From Diplonema japonicum (taxonomy: Eukaryota; Protista; Euglenozoa: Diplonemea), in contig OZ025664.1 in NCBI GenBank assembly GCA_964019335.1, positions 124,001 through 188,000 of the forward strand: a stretch of 64,000 bases of DNA, given 5' to 3'. The notes under the pieces were generated by a model, which searched no databases, was not told the origin of the DNA, and saw only the letters and a program-made list of their open reading frames with translations. Of the stretch, positions 1 to 14,119 are shown piece by piece. Position 1 is the first letter of the stretch; the number at the start of each line of letters is the position of its first letter. Position numbers and translations under genes: made by a program.

Positions 1-1183
1 TATTCCGTGTGAATTGTGTCCAGGTTGCTTGCTTGCTTGCTGCATGCAGACGTGTGTCTATTGAAGGAGGAGTTGTTTCCCCCGCCTCTCACCTATCATA
101 GTCCCCGTGTGTGCGGAGTCTGAGTCTGAGAGGTGTTGTAAGTAATCTGGGAAATGAAAAGTGAAAAGCAAAAGAGAAGAAAAAAAAGGGGGTGAATGCC
201 CTGACGTCCGATAGCTTGTATTTTTTTTTTTTTTTTTTTTTTTTTAACCAAAAAAAAAAACCTCTGGAAAAAAGACCTGGTGTCGCAAAAAAAAAAAAGA
301 AGGGAAAAAAAATCTAAACTGAATGGACTGTAGCAGTCTCAGCTTCACGTGGCTTTTTCACGTACGTCCCTTGCACGGTGCATGGTGTCAAATTGCTTAT
401 TATCTTGGTTAGTCCTCTTATTTTTGTTTTTGTTTGTGTTATTAATCTGCGTTGATGCAATTTCTATTCATTTTTCCACTTTCTGCTCCTTACTCCCTGT
501 GCACTAGTTAGAAAAAAAAAATAAACAAGAAAAATAATGGACCAAGTCAAGAAGGAGAGGAAGGGGGAAGGCACGTCTACTTTTTTTTTTAATTATTATT
601 TACTCCTACCTTTAACCTTTGACGTTATGTATTTTGTATTTTGTCAGCGTGCAGTTCCCATTTATAGTTCAGGGTTCTTTTTTTTCTTGTTTTTTTTAAA
701 ATTTATTTTTGAATCGGTACTCTTGTCACCTTACCACCTTTCTCTTTCCACCCTTCGGCACTTTTCTTAAAGCTATCCCCACCCCCCTATTCTCGGTTTC
801 TCGAAATTTAAGCACTAAGAGAAGGAAAATGAGATAGTTAGAAAGAGAAAAAGAAACGCCATCCTGTGTGTCGCGGGACTTCCCCTTCAACGTTTTCGGG
901 GGGGTTTTTTTTTCTCTTTTCTTCTTTTGAGATTCGTCCGGGTGTTGGAGTGTTACCTTGAGTTGTCAGTTCTAACTATGGATTGATGAACTCTGGATTG
1001 AATAGAAAGGGGGGGGGAAAAAAAACCCCCTTAGTAGCTACTAAACGTAAGAAATGTGAGATGCCCCCTCCCCTCCTCTTATTGTTCGAACCTCTCTACG
1101 TGTTTTGTTGTAGCAGTCCATCTGATCTCCCACTGGATTGTGGAAGAAACTTTTGTGGTGACTTCTTGTTTTTTTGCAAGTAT

Positions 1184-1215
<32 letters not shown>

Positions 1216-1269
1216 CCTTCCTTCTCAATGTCATTGAAACCCTGAGTTTCCTACCAAACCACAGGCAAC

Positions 1270-2988
1270 ATGTCCGAATCAACAGGAATGGGAAACCTGG
1301 GCCCCGGGTACGGAGCAGTGGACACACCCAACAACAACAGGGACAGCGTGTCGAACTTGTCAGCTCGCTCGGGGGAGGAGGACGTAAGGAGCACAAGGAA
1401 CCCTCTCAGGAACAGTGTTCGGAACAGCATGAATCCAAGAGGGAGCAGAATGGTGGACCCCCTCCGAGCGAGCAGGAAGAGTTGGGCACCTGGGAACATA
1501 GCTTCGCGCATGTCAGTCACGATGCCCAACGCCATCCCTGTGCATGCTGACGAGCCCGACACCCCCTTTCAGCTCATAAAACGGGAGTGTCACCTGATCA
1601 TCGGTGCAGGTACATCGATCTTCTTCCTCATTTGGGGCGACCACCACACGCTGGAGACTCTTGACGCTGGGCTCTTCGCTGTTATGTTCACATGGATCTT
1701 CTGTGTGATCTTGTGGCATGCTTTTGCTGTTGTTCGTCACGCGGACTGTCTTGCTGTGAGGCTCGGTGAACCGTATGGCACACTCATCCTGACTATCTCT
1801 GTGATCAGCATTGAAGTCATCATGATGGTGGCCCTCATGTTCAGTGCAGATAAGCCGACCAATGCGCGTGACACGATGTTCAGTGTCATCATGATCGTGA
1901 TAAACGGCATGCTCGGTGTGACCCTCATCCTCGGTGGGGTGCGGCACTCTGAGCAGGAGTACAACTTCCAAAGCTCCCAGTCTTTCCTCAACGTTATTAC
2001 ACCTCTGGGCGTTCTTAGCCTCATAATACCATCTTACACAAAGCACACTGGTGGATACGGCGGGCAGGTCAGCAACTTCCATGCTGTCTTCCTGATCTTT
2101 ACTTCGATTGCGTTGTATGGAACCTTTTTGTTGGTGCAGACCATCAAGCACCCTGAGTTCTTCATGTACTCCAACAAGTTTGGAGTGCCGAACTATTTCT
2201 CTGAAGATGAGCAAGAGGACAGAGATCTTGGAGAGGGTGAGACGGATATCATGCGTGAGGTGCAGAAGTTGAAGAGCGACCAGGGCAAGCTTGCGCAGTC
2301 TGTATCGAACCTCACCAGGCAGCTGGCAGAGAGCCCACGTGCGTCATGCGAGGCAGTCAACCCCTTCGAGGAGAGCGAGGATGAGCACGCAGGGCTTGTC
2401 ATCCGCTCCACGAGGTACCACGCAGCGCTCCTGCTGCTGAGCATGGTGCCTGTTTCACTGCTTGCCGAAAAGCTTGCTGTGCTTGTTGAGAAGCTGATCA
2501 AGGATCTGAACGCGCCTGATGCCATGGCAGGCTTCCTGATCGCGATCCTTGTTCTGTCACCAGAAGCCATGGGGGCAGCAAAGGCAGCCCTTGCCAACAA
2601 GATCCAACGAACGGTGAACATTGCCCTTGGTATGCACAGAGAAGAAGAAGAACAACAATAACAACAACACAGGATCTGCATTGTCGACCATCGGGCTGAC
2701 TGTGCCTGCTGTGCTGACGGTGAGCCTTGTTGCAGACAAAGAGGTGGAACTGGGTTTGAGCAAGATAAGCGTTGTGGTGTTCGTGTTGACCTTGTTGGTG
2801 TGCCAGACCACCTTTGGTGGTGGGAAGACGGGTATACTGCAGGTATGTGTGCACGCAAGGCATCACCACCACCACCACAGGGCGCTGTGCACCTTGTCAT
2901 CTTTGTCTCTTACGTAGCGCTGCTGTTTGAGATGCCCGATGAGGTGTCAGACACCCCCACTGCCCCTAACGTTACAGCCTTCCTTTAA
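1270..2988 (+). CDS. Ca2+/H+ antiporter (CaCA/ChaA-like), 3 exons
   Basis: Motifs GEPYGTLILTISVISIEV and ILVLSPEA. Removing GT-AG introns 2630..2672 and 2843..2880 restores NIALGSALSTIGLTVPAV and GILQGAVHLVIF; stop TAA 2986-2988. Confidence 0.92.
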
Positions 2989-4959
2989 ACTGACACTGTG
3001 CGGTCTGAAGGGTTTTCTGTGGCGTGAGCGGCACCCCTTACCTTGTCCCCTTCTCGTTTTTCTTCGTGTGGTCTCAACGTTTTCCTAGCGGGGGGGAAGA
3101 CTTTACTTTATTTTCTTTTTCCTTTTTTCTTTTTTTCTTATGCTTCTTCTCTTGTCCTGCCTCTCTACATCTTGAGGTGTGCTGAACTCCCCCCTTTTTT
3201 TTCCTGGCCTGCTGATATTCGTTTCAATCATCCTTTCGATGACGAATATGGCCCCGCTTTTTTTTTTTTTTTTTTCCCTTTTTTTTTCTATGTTTTTTTT
3301 TCTTTTTTTTTCTCTTCTTTTTTCCGACAAAAAAAATGAGGATTACAAACAAAAAAAAAAAACATAAAAAATAAATAAAAAACTATAAGAAGTTGGGGGT
3401 TTTCCCCCCCCTCCACCCTGTTCTTTCCAACAAGAGATAATCTCTGACGCACTCAAAAAAGATGCTGTGTTTATTTAAAAAGAAATCCCCCCCCCCCCCC
3501 TTCTCGTCCTGAGGCAGAAATGAAGAGCGCGAAAATGTTGTTGTTTTCGGTAACAATTGTTTTCCCCACCATTCGCTCAAAAAAAGCAAGGGGGAAAGCT
3601 GCAAGCCAGAACGCACAGCGGGACAAACAACGCAGGTGCCCCTTGTTCAAAAAAAAAAAAAAAAAAAAAAAATACGCGTTGTTTCTCTTCAACAACATTT
3701 TTCCGATTTTTAGGGAAAAAAAAATGTGTTTTCTTCCTAAATGTGAGCAATAAACTCTCCCTCCGCGTCCTGTCCTGATCCCCGTTTTGTGGTCTTGTGA
3801 AATCGATGCTTGTGGCATGAATCTTCCCTTTCCCCCTTCCCCTTTTACCCTTACTGTCTCTTGTCTTTGTTAGTCACTGTCACCCGCTTTGGCCTTTCCC
3901 TTGTCCAAGTGCTGTGGTGTGTCTCAGTGGTGACAACAAAACAATCCCCCCCCCCCCCCCCCCCTCCGGTTGCTTAATCTTTTTGGAAGTGGCCACTTGA
4001 CCCCTTCCCATCAACATCTAGCATCTAGCTAGAATCGTTAGACAGGGCAGGAATGAAATATTTTCCGTCTAAAAAAAAAGGGGAAAGGGGGGAGAAATGA
4101 GCCTTACAAAAAAAAAAAAAAAAAAGAAAAAAAAGGAAAACAAATGATTTTTTTTTTTAAAGATGATTTAGGTTGCAACTCTCCCATTTTTTTTTGTTAT
4201 TTTTGTTCTATTTGTCCCTTGCCTGTTGTGTGACGTTGAAATGGTGTTTTCTCTCTGTGAGTTCGTTAGTCGAGTAACATCGGCAAAAACAGGCATGACG
4301 AGAGAGAATATAGAAAAAGGAGGAAGAGAGGAAAGCAAAAAAAAAAAAAAAAAAAAAAGCCTCTAGTCGGAATTCTCCTGAATAGTTTGCCTTGGTGTGT
4401 TTTTGCGTGACACTGTTTTTTTTTTTTTCTTTTTTTTTTCTCTCCTTTTTTTTGGTTTTGTTTTGTTTTGTTTTGTTTTATTTCTCTTTCTTTGGACTCT
4501 CATTCCCAATGTTTCTCGCTTGTGAAAAAAAGAAATCTCACCATTTTGAAACAAGGAAAAAAGAAAAGACAATTCCGATCCTTTTAAGAAATAAATACAT
4601 AAACAAATACATAAAAGACCCCCCCCCCCCCCTCGGCCCTTGCGCCCTTGCAGCAATACAGTGAAAAATACGCACTGCAAAGGAAGAAGCATACCGTAGA
4701 TCATTGAGGGTTAGAAAAAAATAAAGGAAGAAAAAATAAAGGAATACGGACATTGTTCAAAATAGCAGAAATTATCCTTTTTTTTTTAAATTTTTTTTTT
4801 TTTCAAAGCTTCCCCTTTAAAAAAAAAAAGCTGATTACATCGCGACGTCTATGACAAATTGTTAAAAAAAAAAGGGGGAAGTACTGTAAAGCGAAAAATT
4901 CCGGAAGACCTGCTTACAGAACTTAATCGTCCACTTTACATCAAGACACGATAGATCAT

Positions 4960-5380
4960 CGACAAGAAGATTAGGCCCAGCTCCATGGAACATGGGCGGA
5001 CAGCCATCCAATGATGCCATTAGGCACCAAGACCAAACAGAGGGCCAAGGTTGTGAAATTATGTGGCCTTACAACACGACAAAAAAAAAGCCATAACCGG
5101 CCGGTTTGCTGTGTCCCTTTCTTGGGACAAAGCTTGCCTCAGCAGCTGATATACAAAGGTAGGACTGAGCCCCCCATCTGGACAACAGTGCCCACGTGCT
5201 GTCCCGAGGGTGGCACGCCCCCTCCAAACATTGGGCAAACATGGAAACCCTCAAGATCTAGGTGGGTACAGGAAGTATTCCTCCCTTTCAGTAAAGACAT
5301 GATTGATGCTCGGGGTCTTGAGCCTGATGACTTTAACGGCCCCTTCTTGAAGATAGTGTTCTCTCAGCTAAAAAAGATTC
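4960..5380 (+). mobile_element. Degenerate pogo/Tigger-like (DDE_1) transposase fragment
   Basis: LPQQLIYKGRTE in one frame, GWHAPSKHWANMETLKI* in another, then VQEVFLPF. This is the motif order of pogo-type DDE_1 domains (PQLIY.GKT...GW...HW.N.ET...Y...I.P), broken by frameshifts and a stop. Confidence 0.65.
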
Positions 5381-5699
5381 CAGGGGAGAAAAATGTCGGA
5401 AGAGAAAAATGCCGGAGTGACAAACTCCTGGAGAAACCCACTTCTATTTCAGATCTTTTTGTTTTACAGTAATTAAAAAAGGAAAAAGTAGCCAATCTCC
5501 CCCCCCTCCCCTCCTGCCTCCTTTGAAGTCCCCTTTGGTGAGGAAAACAAAAAAACAAGAAGAAAAGAATAGCAGAAGTTAAACAGGGGGAAAGTCATAA
5601 CCTGCTTCTGCGTTCTGACGGAACGGACATATCTCGTTTTTTTTTTTTCTCCTTCTCGTTTTGACTCCTTTGTCTCATTCACATCCCCCATGACAGGCT

Positions 5700-7492
5700 A
5701 TGTACCGTGCTCTGTGCGTCAGCAGGCAGGTAAGGTGTGTTGGGTGGGCAAGCGGTGCAACACCAGCAAAGAAAACAGCTAGGGCCCCCGTGGACGAGAG
5801 GGGCCAGACAAGGAATCGAAAACAAAAGCCCCCTACCCCACGATCGTTGTCAGACGTTGTGAATTTGCGCGAAGACCACCGTGAGGACGCACTCAAGCCG
5901 CCTCTTCGTCTCACGAGGAGGTTTTCCCGACACGAGAGGCAACACCGTGAAGTGCCCAGAAACAGCCAGCAGGCGGCATGCAGCTCACCTCCGCAGAGCT
6001 CCATGCCCTGACGGCACAGCTAAGCAGGACCACTGTCAGCAGGTTGGTCAAGGACGCCTTCTACGCGGCGGTCCGCCTGCGGGACATCCCTAGCCACCGC
6101 AAAGCGGAGCAGCAGCTCTGCGGCGTGTACGACTGGCACCCAGACGAAGCTTCCGTCGCCGTCTGGGCAACAGGCAAGCTGCAGATCATCAATTCTAAAC
6201 TATGGACCGACGTGAGGAACAGCATAGAGCGAAAAGGTGCGCAAAGCTTTACTGAAAAACACATTACGGTGGTAGCCTCTGCGTACCTCTCCAAGAAGGG
6301 CGGCACAGAGGACTGCACGGCAGTGATGGCGGTCCTGTGGGATGAGCTGCACCGCAGGTCTGCATGGAGGCACCCTGACGTGAGAGTGCTCGGACCGCTG
6401 ATGAAGCACACGCCGCACTCGCGGCAGGTGATGTCCTTCATGAAGTACAGCTGGCGATACCACCCCGACACCCTGCTGCAGGTGTTGGAGGAGGCTTACG
6501 ACAAACGCCACCCTTCCTACGAGCAACTGCAGTACGCCGTGCAAGATGGCTTGCGGACAACGGGGCTGCGGGCTCTGAGGGTCTACGACACCTTCATCAA
6601 CGTGGTGAAGGGCAATAGGAAATTCGTCGACATGCTGGCAGAGGAGTACTGTGCACGCTACAGGACAGCACAGAAGAAGGGCGCAGAAGCACGTGAGGAT
6701 CTGCACCACCTGTACTTGGCACTGTTGATGGTGGTGAACAATGCAGCGAACGACGTGAGCACAGCACTACTAGTGGACAACATGCCTGAGGGGCTCTCTC
6801 CGTGGGCCAGGTCTATGACCATCCGGCAACTGGGACGCCTGGGCAGCATCAACCAGTCGTTTTTCGAGTACCACGTGATGCCCTTCACACGCATGAAGGG
6901 CACAAGCCTGACAGACCTGGTGACGGCAGCATGCGGTGTCCCCAACATGCTGTCCTACATCAGCTTCTGGGACCACGTAGGTGCGGCATGCATGAGGGAA
7001 GGACTTAAAAACGACAGAACGGGGAGAACAATTGAAAGCCTTGTAAAGTTCATAAAACAGCTGCCTGGCACGTGCATGTACCTGCTTGAGGAGGAAGTGG
7101 CGGCACGTGGTCTCAGCTGCTTCACAGCAAAGCAGCTGGTGAGTTTAAAAGAGGGTCTGGACACAGACATATTCCCCCATATTCATGGGATGGTTAAAAC
7201 CAAAGAGGCAAGGCTGAGCGAGTGCGTGGCACTGCTCAACCTGCCTGACATCGAAGATGAAGTTGCGCTCCTGCACGACTTGAGGGAAGCCATCGAAGCA
7301 CGCCCGGTGAAGGTGCTGGCACAGCTCCCCGTGACCAAGATCACATTGTTGATCACGAGAATGGCGGACCTGCGGTGGGCAGAGGGGCAGCTGGTGGACA
7401 ATGTGAAAATCATCACACAGCGTGCAAGGATCCCCGACGAGGAGTGGGCTCAGATCCATGCTGACTTTGCAAGAATGAATGTGAGCATTTAG
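5700..7492 (+). CDS. Probable mitochondrial alpha-helical (FAST/RAP-associated-like) protein with an apparent 1-nt frameshift near 5960
   Basis: The ORF at 5700 starts with the presequence-like MYRALCVSRQVRCVG after a GACAG acceptor. The 504-aa ORF in another frame opens at 5951. One extra A in AGAAAC (5958-5963) joins them. Product class is a weak inference from the helical-repeat appearance. Confidence 0.55.
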
Positions 7493-7599
7493 TATAATAT
7501 TATTATTATTTTTTCTTTTCTTTTTGCGCCCTTCTCTCCCCTTTTTACATTCAAATAACAGGTCTCTTTGGAACACAGAAAGAAGAAAAAAAATACAAA

Positions 7600-7866
7600 A
7601 TGCACACCCCTGACTCAACATCTGTGGAGACTATGTCCATGCTGCTGAAACAGTTTAAGAAAATGTCGAAGAAAGAGAGTGTTGAAAAAGCCAACAAGAA
7701 GTGGTTTGGATCTGAAGCGCACGGCAGTGACAAGAGTGAGGCGGCCTTCAAGAAAGAAAAGAGGCAGCAAGACGATCTACTGCTGAACATGATAGCAGAC
7801 AGCTTCCGCCAAATGGGCGAGACTCCCCGCCGCAAGCATAGGGTGCCCAAGGAAGAGCAACAGTAA
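7600..7866 (+). CDS. Small hypothetical protein (88 aa)
   Basis: ATG-TAA ORF with coding-like composition between AT/homopolymer spacers, co-oriented with neighbours. Confidence 0.5.
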   Translation: MHTPDSTSVETMSMLLKQFKKMSKKESVEKANKKWFGSEAHGSDKSEAAFKKEKRQQDDLLLNMIADSFRQMGETPRRKHRVPKEEQQ

Positions 7867-8599
7867 GATGCTATAGACTTGTACCATACCTTTTTTATTT
7901 TTTATATTTTTTATTTGTAGATAGTAATGCATATCACTCTCAAGCACTTCTTGGTCCTGTAGCCCCATTTTTTTTTTTTTAAAGAATTTTTTTTTCCCTC
8001 TAAACCAGGCCGTGTTTATTGCTTTCCGTTTTCCCTTTTTCTTCTTCTTGCCTTTTTCATATTGACACCCTGTCAGATGCTCGGTAATGAAGAGGGAGAG
8101 ATAATAAGGGGGTTTTCTTTTTTTTTTTTTTTTAGTATAAAAAAAAAGAAATTATAATAACTATTTCAAAAGGTGAAGCCGCCGGATGGATTTTTTAAAG
8201 TCCCCCGGTTGCCAACACTTTAGGAATAGATGCAATGCAGCGAATTTTTTTTTGAAAACAGGCTGGTATAAGAGGAAGGTGGTTACAGAGGTGAGCCGGA
8301 GAGCGCTACTCTTTTTTTCGCTTAATTTTTTTTTTCCCTCTTCTTTTTCTCAAAATAGTACTGTAAAATCGATAAATTTTGTTCGATAAGCCTTGCCTCT
8401 CTGGTTTAACAATGTCATGAATATGGGGAAATATGTCCATATTCTGACCCTGCTTTGGGACTCTCCCGAACGCGGTAAAGGCGAAAAATACCCAGCGGTT
8501 ATAAACACCTGAAACTTTTTTTTTTTTTAATCGAACTTTTATGGGTTTTTACAGTACCTCTCTTTAGGTTCGTAGGATAATAGCGCATATTCACGTCCT

Positions 8600-8638
<39 letters not shown>

Positions 8639-10636
8639 TCCTCCCTATAAATTGCTGTCCCTGCGTAACTAATACTTACACCGGATGTATTCGCTTTTTT
8701 TTTTTTTTTTATTCGAGGAGAATAATAGAATAAGGGAGGGGCGAAAATAATGAAAAAAAAAGATTTTTTTATAAAGAAGAAAAAGGGGAATACGAAGACG
8801 AGAAAAAGAATAAGAATTTATATTTTTTATTTAAAAAAAAAATAGATAAGGGAGCCAGGGAGAAAAAACGGACTGTACTTACAGTGGCTTTTCTTTTTGT
8901 TTATCTTTTTTCTCTCTCTCTTTTTTTTTTTTTTTTTTTTTTGCATTGACCAATTATTTCTCATTTGTTTGTGCCGCCCTCTTTTCCTCTTTTTCCTGAA
9001 ACAGCGAGCACCTGCTAGCTTTTGAGGTTTAGGAACGGTTGGTTACAAAAGACGTTCCTTTTGAGAAAAGGAAACACCCTTTTCTTCTTTACACACTTCT
9101 GCCTTTTTTTTTTTTTTTTTTTTTTATTATAATTTTGGCCCCTTTTTTTTATTTAGGTATGGTACAGTTGTAAAGCTTTTCCATTCTCGGGGCTCTTTTT
9201 TTTTTATTCCTCTTAACCAATTTTTTTCTTTCTTTCCATTTTTCCTTCGGGAATTAAAAAAAAAACCCCTCCCCCCTCCCCCCCTCCCAAGTCTCACAAA
9301 CCACTGAACCCGTGGTTTCTGGGGGGTATGTATCCTCCTCCTCCTGTATGGTATACAGAACTCTCCTTTACTCTTTCCCCCTTCCCCTCCCCCCCTTTTT
9401 ATTTTGTTCGAACTAAAAATTACTATTTGCTGGGCGGTGTGTGTGTTAGATTTTAGCACAGATTTCTGGGAAAAATTAACACTTTCCGTACATAAAATCG
9501 ACGTGCGCAGGAAAAAAAAAAAAAAAAAAAATCAAACAAAGCGCCAGAAATAGTTTTTTTTTATTCATCTCTTTTTTTTTTTTTTTTTTTTTTTGACTGT
9601 GCCAAGAGATTGGAAGCGAGGGGGGGGGAGGGAATCCCCTCTTTTTATCCCCCCTCTCTTTTCTGAAGCATTGCACGTGTTTTCTTTTTCTAAAAAAAAA
9701 AAGATCAGATTTTCCCCCCCAAAAAAACTGGGAGAGGGGGTCATTGACTATCCCCTTTATTTTTAATCATTCCCTTTATTTTAAAGAATCTTTACACCTC
9801 ACATCTCAAGTGTTTGTGGGTACGGGGGGGTGGGGGGAAGGTAACCTCAATTTTTTTGTTCAGCAAAAAAAAAAACCCCTTTTTTAGCACCACCGCAGTT
9901 GACACTGTTGTACCCCGATCCGAGCACATCAGAGATTAGAAGTTGTTGACCCTTCCACTTTTTTTTTTCTCCCGAGGGGGGCAAGAGGTATTTTCATTCA
10001 TACTCTCTGCCCGGCAGCAGGAAACGCTCACTTTGGCACCTTCATGGCAAAAAAAAAAAAAAAAAAAAAAGAAAGAAAGAATAAAGAAAGAAAAAAAAAA
10101 CTCTTCTGTTCCCCCGTTTAGTGCTAAGCATCGTTTTTTTTTTCTTTTTTTTTTCCCTTTCATGAGAGGTGGGAAGAAAAAAAAGGGGGGGGGGGAAAGG
10201 TAACGATGGCAAAAAACCCTTTAGAAACTAGCTTCGTAGGCTAGAATCTTTTTTTTTCTCTTTTATAATTATGCTTTAGTGGGATTTGGAGAATGGAAAA
10301 AAAAAAGAAAAAAAAAAAAAAAAAAAAGCCAGCTGCCTTAGTCTGCTACAACGTGCGATTCCTGCTGACTGTGTCACCTCCTCCCCTTTATCCGACCCTC
10401 TAAGAAATACTAAATACTCCCCGCAAAACTATTGCGGCGGGAAACAACTATTTTTTGAAAGTTAACTCTCAAGTAGCTGGCCAGCCTTTGTGCCCAAGGC
10501 GTGGGCAGGCGGCAGTCTTATGGGGTGTTTTTACTGTTAATGTAACGATTTTTTTTATCCCCTCCCCCCATCAACACAAACCCACCTTTTCGTTAAAGTA
10601 AAGATTCTCTTCCCCCACCTCATATCTCTAACCTGC

Positions 10637-10671
<35 letters not shown>

Positions 10672-10709
10672 CGCAGCGAATAAACCACTATTGCCAAATC
10701 AGGCTAGGT

Positions 10710-10743
<34 letters not shown>

Positions 10744-11212
10744 TCCATTTGGACACTTGAACTTTTTGAGATATGAACCCCCCCCTCCCCCCCCCCCCAT
10801 TTTCCCCCTTTTCCATCTTTCCCTTTTGTTAACATTTAAAAAAAAAAGGAAAAAAAAACAAAAAAAAAACTTTCAAGAGTGAATTCCTGAAAGAAAAAAA
10901 CTAAAAAAAACAAAACAAAACAAAAAAAAAAAACAAAACTAAATATTTAATGAAAAAAATTCAGAATCCGGTGATCTCACGGAGCTTGGCAGGGGCCACT
11001 GGAGAATGAGGTAATTACTGCTCGCTGCGTAGAGTAAGTTGTTGCAGCTTTCAAAGGAGTCAAAGCATGCCACCAACAAAGTGAAATACAAAAGATCTTA
11101 TTTTTCATACAAAAAAAAAAAAAAAAAAAAAATACGTTGGTAATATTTTAACTAAAAGGCCAAATATGAGTGTGTGTGGAACCAATGAGCAGGAGCGTGA
11201 AAATAAAGTTCA

Positions 11213-11228
<16 letters not shown>

Positions 11229-11243
<15 letters not shown>

Positions 11244-11255
11244 ACAAACACACAA
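11229..11255. repeat. (CA)n microsatellite following a poly-C run
   Basis: Seen directly in the sequence. Confidence 0.8.
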
Positions 11256-12826
11256 AAATTTGGCCCGGATATTTAAAGACGTTTTAAAAAAAAATAAAAA
11301 ACAAAAGCTACAAATATCGTAGATGGCATCCCTTAACCCCCCCCCCGTTTTCTTTCAGACTTTTAAAAAAAGAGAGAAAAGGGAGTAACCCCCCCCCTTT
11401 TTTTGCATCAGATTTTTTTTCTACCTCTTTTGTTTTATGAGTTTTACCCTCCCCCAAGCCTCCATCTCGACTCTCGACTCCCTTTCCTTTCCTTCCTCCC
11501 CCACTATTTAGCTATGCCCTTTCTTTTTCTTTTTTTTTCACCTTTCCTTTCACAAGCTGGGCTTTTATTGGGAAGAAGAGGAAAAAAAAACAAAAAAAAC
11601 GAAAAAAGGCATTCTAAAGCATAGTGTTATGTTACCCTCTTTACCCCCCCCCCCTTCCCTATTTTTTTAAAACATTGCAAAACACCCCCTCCCAATTTTT
11701 TTCTTTCCCTTTATCTTGTTTTCTAGAAATGAATGAAATGAGAAACGAAACGAATAAAAAAAGGGGGGAAGAAGGGGAATGGGGGGAGAAGAAAAAAAAA
11801 ATACCTGAAGAAGAAACAGTTTCTCCCTCCGCAAAGAGCATGTAATTCTGGAGAGAGTTCTCTTTTTTTCTCTTTTCTTTTTTTTTCTCTCTCCTTCCCC
11901 TCGGTCTTTTCTTTGTTTGTTTTCCTTTTTTCTTCATCAGCGTTTCCTTCTTTCTTCTCCTCCCCCCCCTTTATTTTAAACAAAAGGACGAAATTTATTT
12001 AGATTTTTTTTCTCTTTTCTTTTCAACCGCAAAAGAACTTGACCCTTTTTACTCTCCCCCCACCCATTTTTTTTTTTTAAATTCCCTGTACTTATTTATT
12101 CTTTTTTTTTTGTTGAAAACATTATTTTTTTTTCTCCCGTTTCCTTTTCTGTTTATGGGTCACCGCTCCTTCACGGAGATGTGGGTGCAAAAAAAAAAAA
12201 AAAAATCTACAACAAATACAATGGGTAAGATATTTCTCATGCGTATATCGGTTTCGGAAAAAAAAAAAATTGGGGTGTGAGAAGGGAAATGAAAAAAAAA
12301 AGTGAACACCTCCTCTCCCTGCCCTCCTCAAAAGCGATTAGGAATTTGTGTTTATGGGATGCAGCTGAAGGTGATGTAAAATTTAACACACGAGATAACA
12401 CGGCCTTCTAGCAGCCAAGCGCTCATTTGGAAATGGGGCTTGTTGATCTCCTTGGATGCTCGGCTGGAAAAAAAAAAAAGAACCTCAGCAACATACAGGA
12501 TAGCTTGAGGGGGGAGGAGAAGAGAGGAAAAAAAGGAGGGGGGGATCCAGTCTGTTCTTTGTGTGAACAAAGAAAGGAAAAAGAAATGAAAAAAAAAAAA
12601 AAAAATGCCAAAAGAAAGAATTAGGGGGTGAGGGAAGCAAAACCCCCGCCTCCTTTTTCTCAATACCTACCTATTAACTAACAACTTCAAAAAAAACCCC
12701 CCCCCCCCCACGTGATCATCAGTACACTCTAATTTCCTTTTTTTTTTTTAAATACAGCCGCAACAATACAAAAAAGGGAACGGGTTTCTAGGATTTCTCA
12801 ACGAGAAATCCCATAGATTCCCTCTC

Positions 12827-12864
<38 letters not shown>

Positions 12865-14119
12865 TGTTGCACCAAAGCTATTCTTAAAAAAAAAGGGGGG
12901 AACAAATTTTTTTTTTAAAATTTTTCTTCCCTTTTTTTTTTTCTTTTTGCTCATTTATCCATTTTTCTTTTTTTTCTGATTTCTCATTTTTTTTTCCCGA
13001 AGTTTAAAAAAAAAAAAGTCTTTTTAAATGTCTGCAAAAGCTGTCTAGCGCGTGATATGGCAAAAAAAGAAAATGAGAAAAAAGAAAAAAAAAAGAAGAG
13101 ACAAAGAAGAGAAGAAAGAAAGAAAAAAAAAAAAAAAAAAAAAAAAAACTACCACATATGCGTACACACGGAACGAGGGGGGAAGAAGGGATGGATTCTG
13201 CCTTTATACTTGTGTAGAAAACGATGAGAGAAATACAATTATGCCCCCCTCCCCCCTCTGCAAAGTATTTCACATTTTGGTGTTGCTCTTTAAGAGATAT
13301 GACAGGTAAAAAAAAAAGGAAATTTTCCCTCTCTTTCCCCCGAACGCTATTTTGCACAGGAAAGAAAACAAAAAAAAAAAAAAAAAAAAAAAAAAAAGCA
13401 AAGAAAGAAAACTCACCTCGTTTTGCTTGCTTCGTCATTCCTCCCCCCTCTTTTTTTTAAAAAAGTACAAAATCAACAGCTTGTGCAACCCTTTAAAGAA
13501 GGTGAAAAAAAAAAAGGAGGAGGAAAATCAACACCGACAATGGGGGGAAAGAAAAAAAAAAAGAAACATACAAAATTCGGCAACAAAGGGTTATTTACCC
13601 CCCCCCCCCCCTCTCCATAACTTTTTTTTCTTTTTTTTTCGTATGTATTTTCTCTTTCTGCCTTAACCATGGTTTTGTGCAGAAAAAATAACTATGGAAT
13701 ATGCTTGGAACTACTCATGTAGGATAACATTGCCCCAAAATTATTTTTAAATACTCTTAACCGCCCCCCCCCCCCCCTCATTTTAAAAAAAGAAGAAGCA
13801 GCAATGTTGAGATGAATTTTTTTTAGTCTCCCCGTTCCCTAACCCTCCTTTTTGGGTGCCCCACTCCCCACTGCCGCGAACAGCATGCCTTAACTGCTGT
13901 TTTTTTTTGGGGGGTATCGTGACGCGGGCAATAAAAAAAAAAAAGAACGAGTTACAAAAAAAAAAAAAGAAAATCATGTCTTCCCTTCGAGGGAATATTT
14001 GGGATGCTCCCCCCTGTTTTTTCTCCCCCATTCTTTTCTCTTTTTGACTTCCCACCCTCTCCATATCCCTTTTTATATTTACATCCTTCTCACGGTGTGT
14101 TTGGCCGTTGTTTTATGTC

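Noticed and set aside
7900-14100. Numerous 60-140 aa ORFs rich in Phe/Lys/Pro/Gly
   Set aside because: They are translations of homopolymer tracts.
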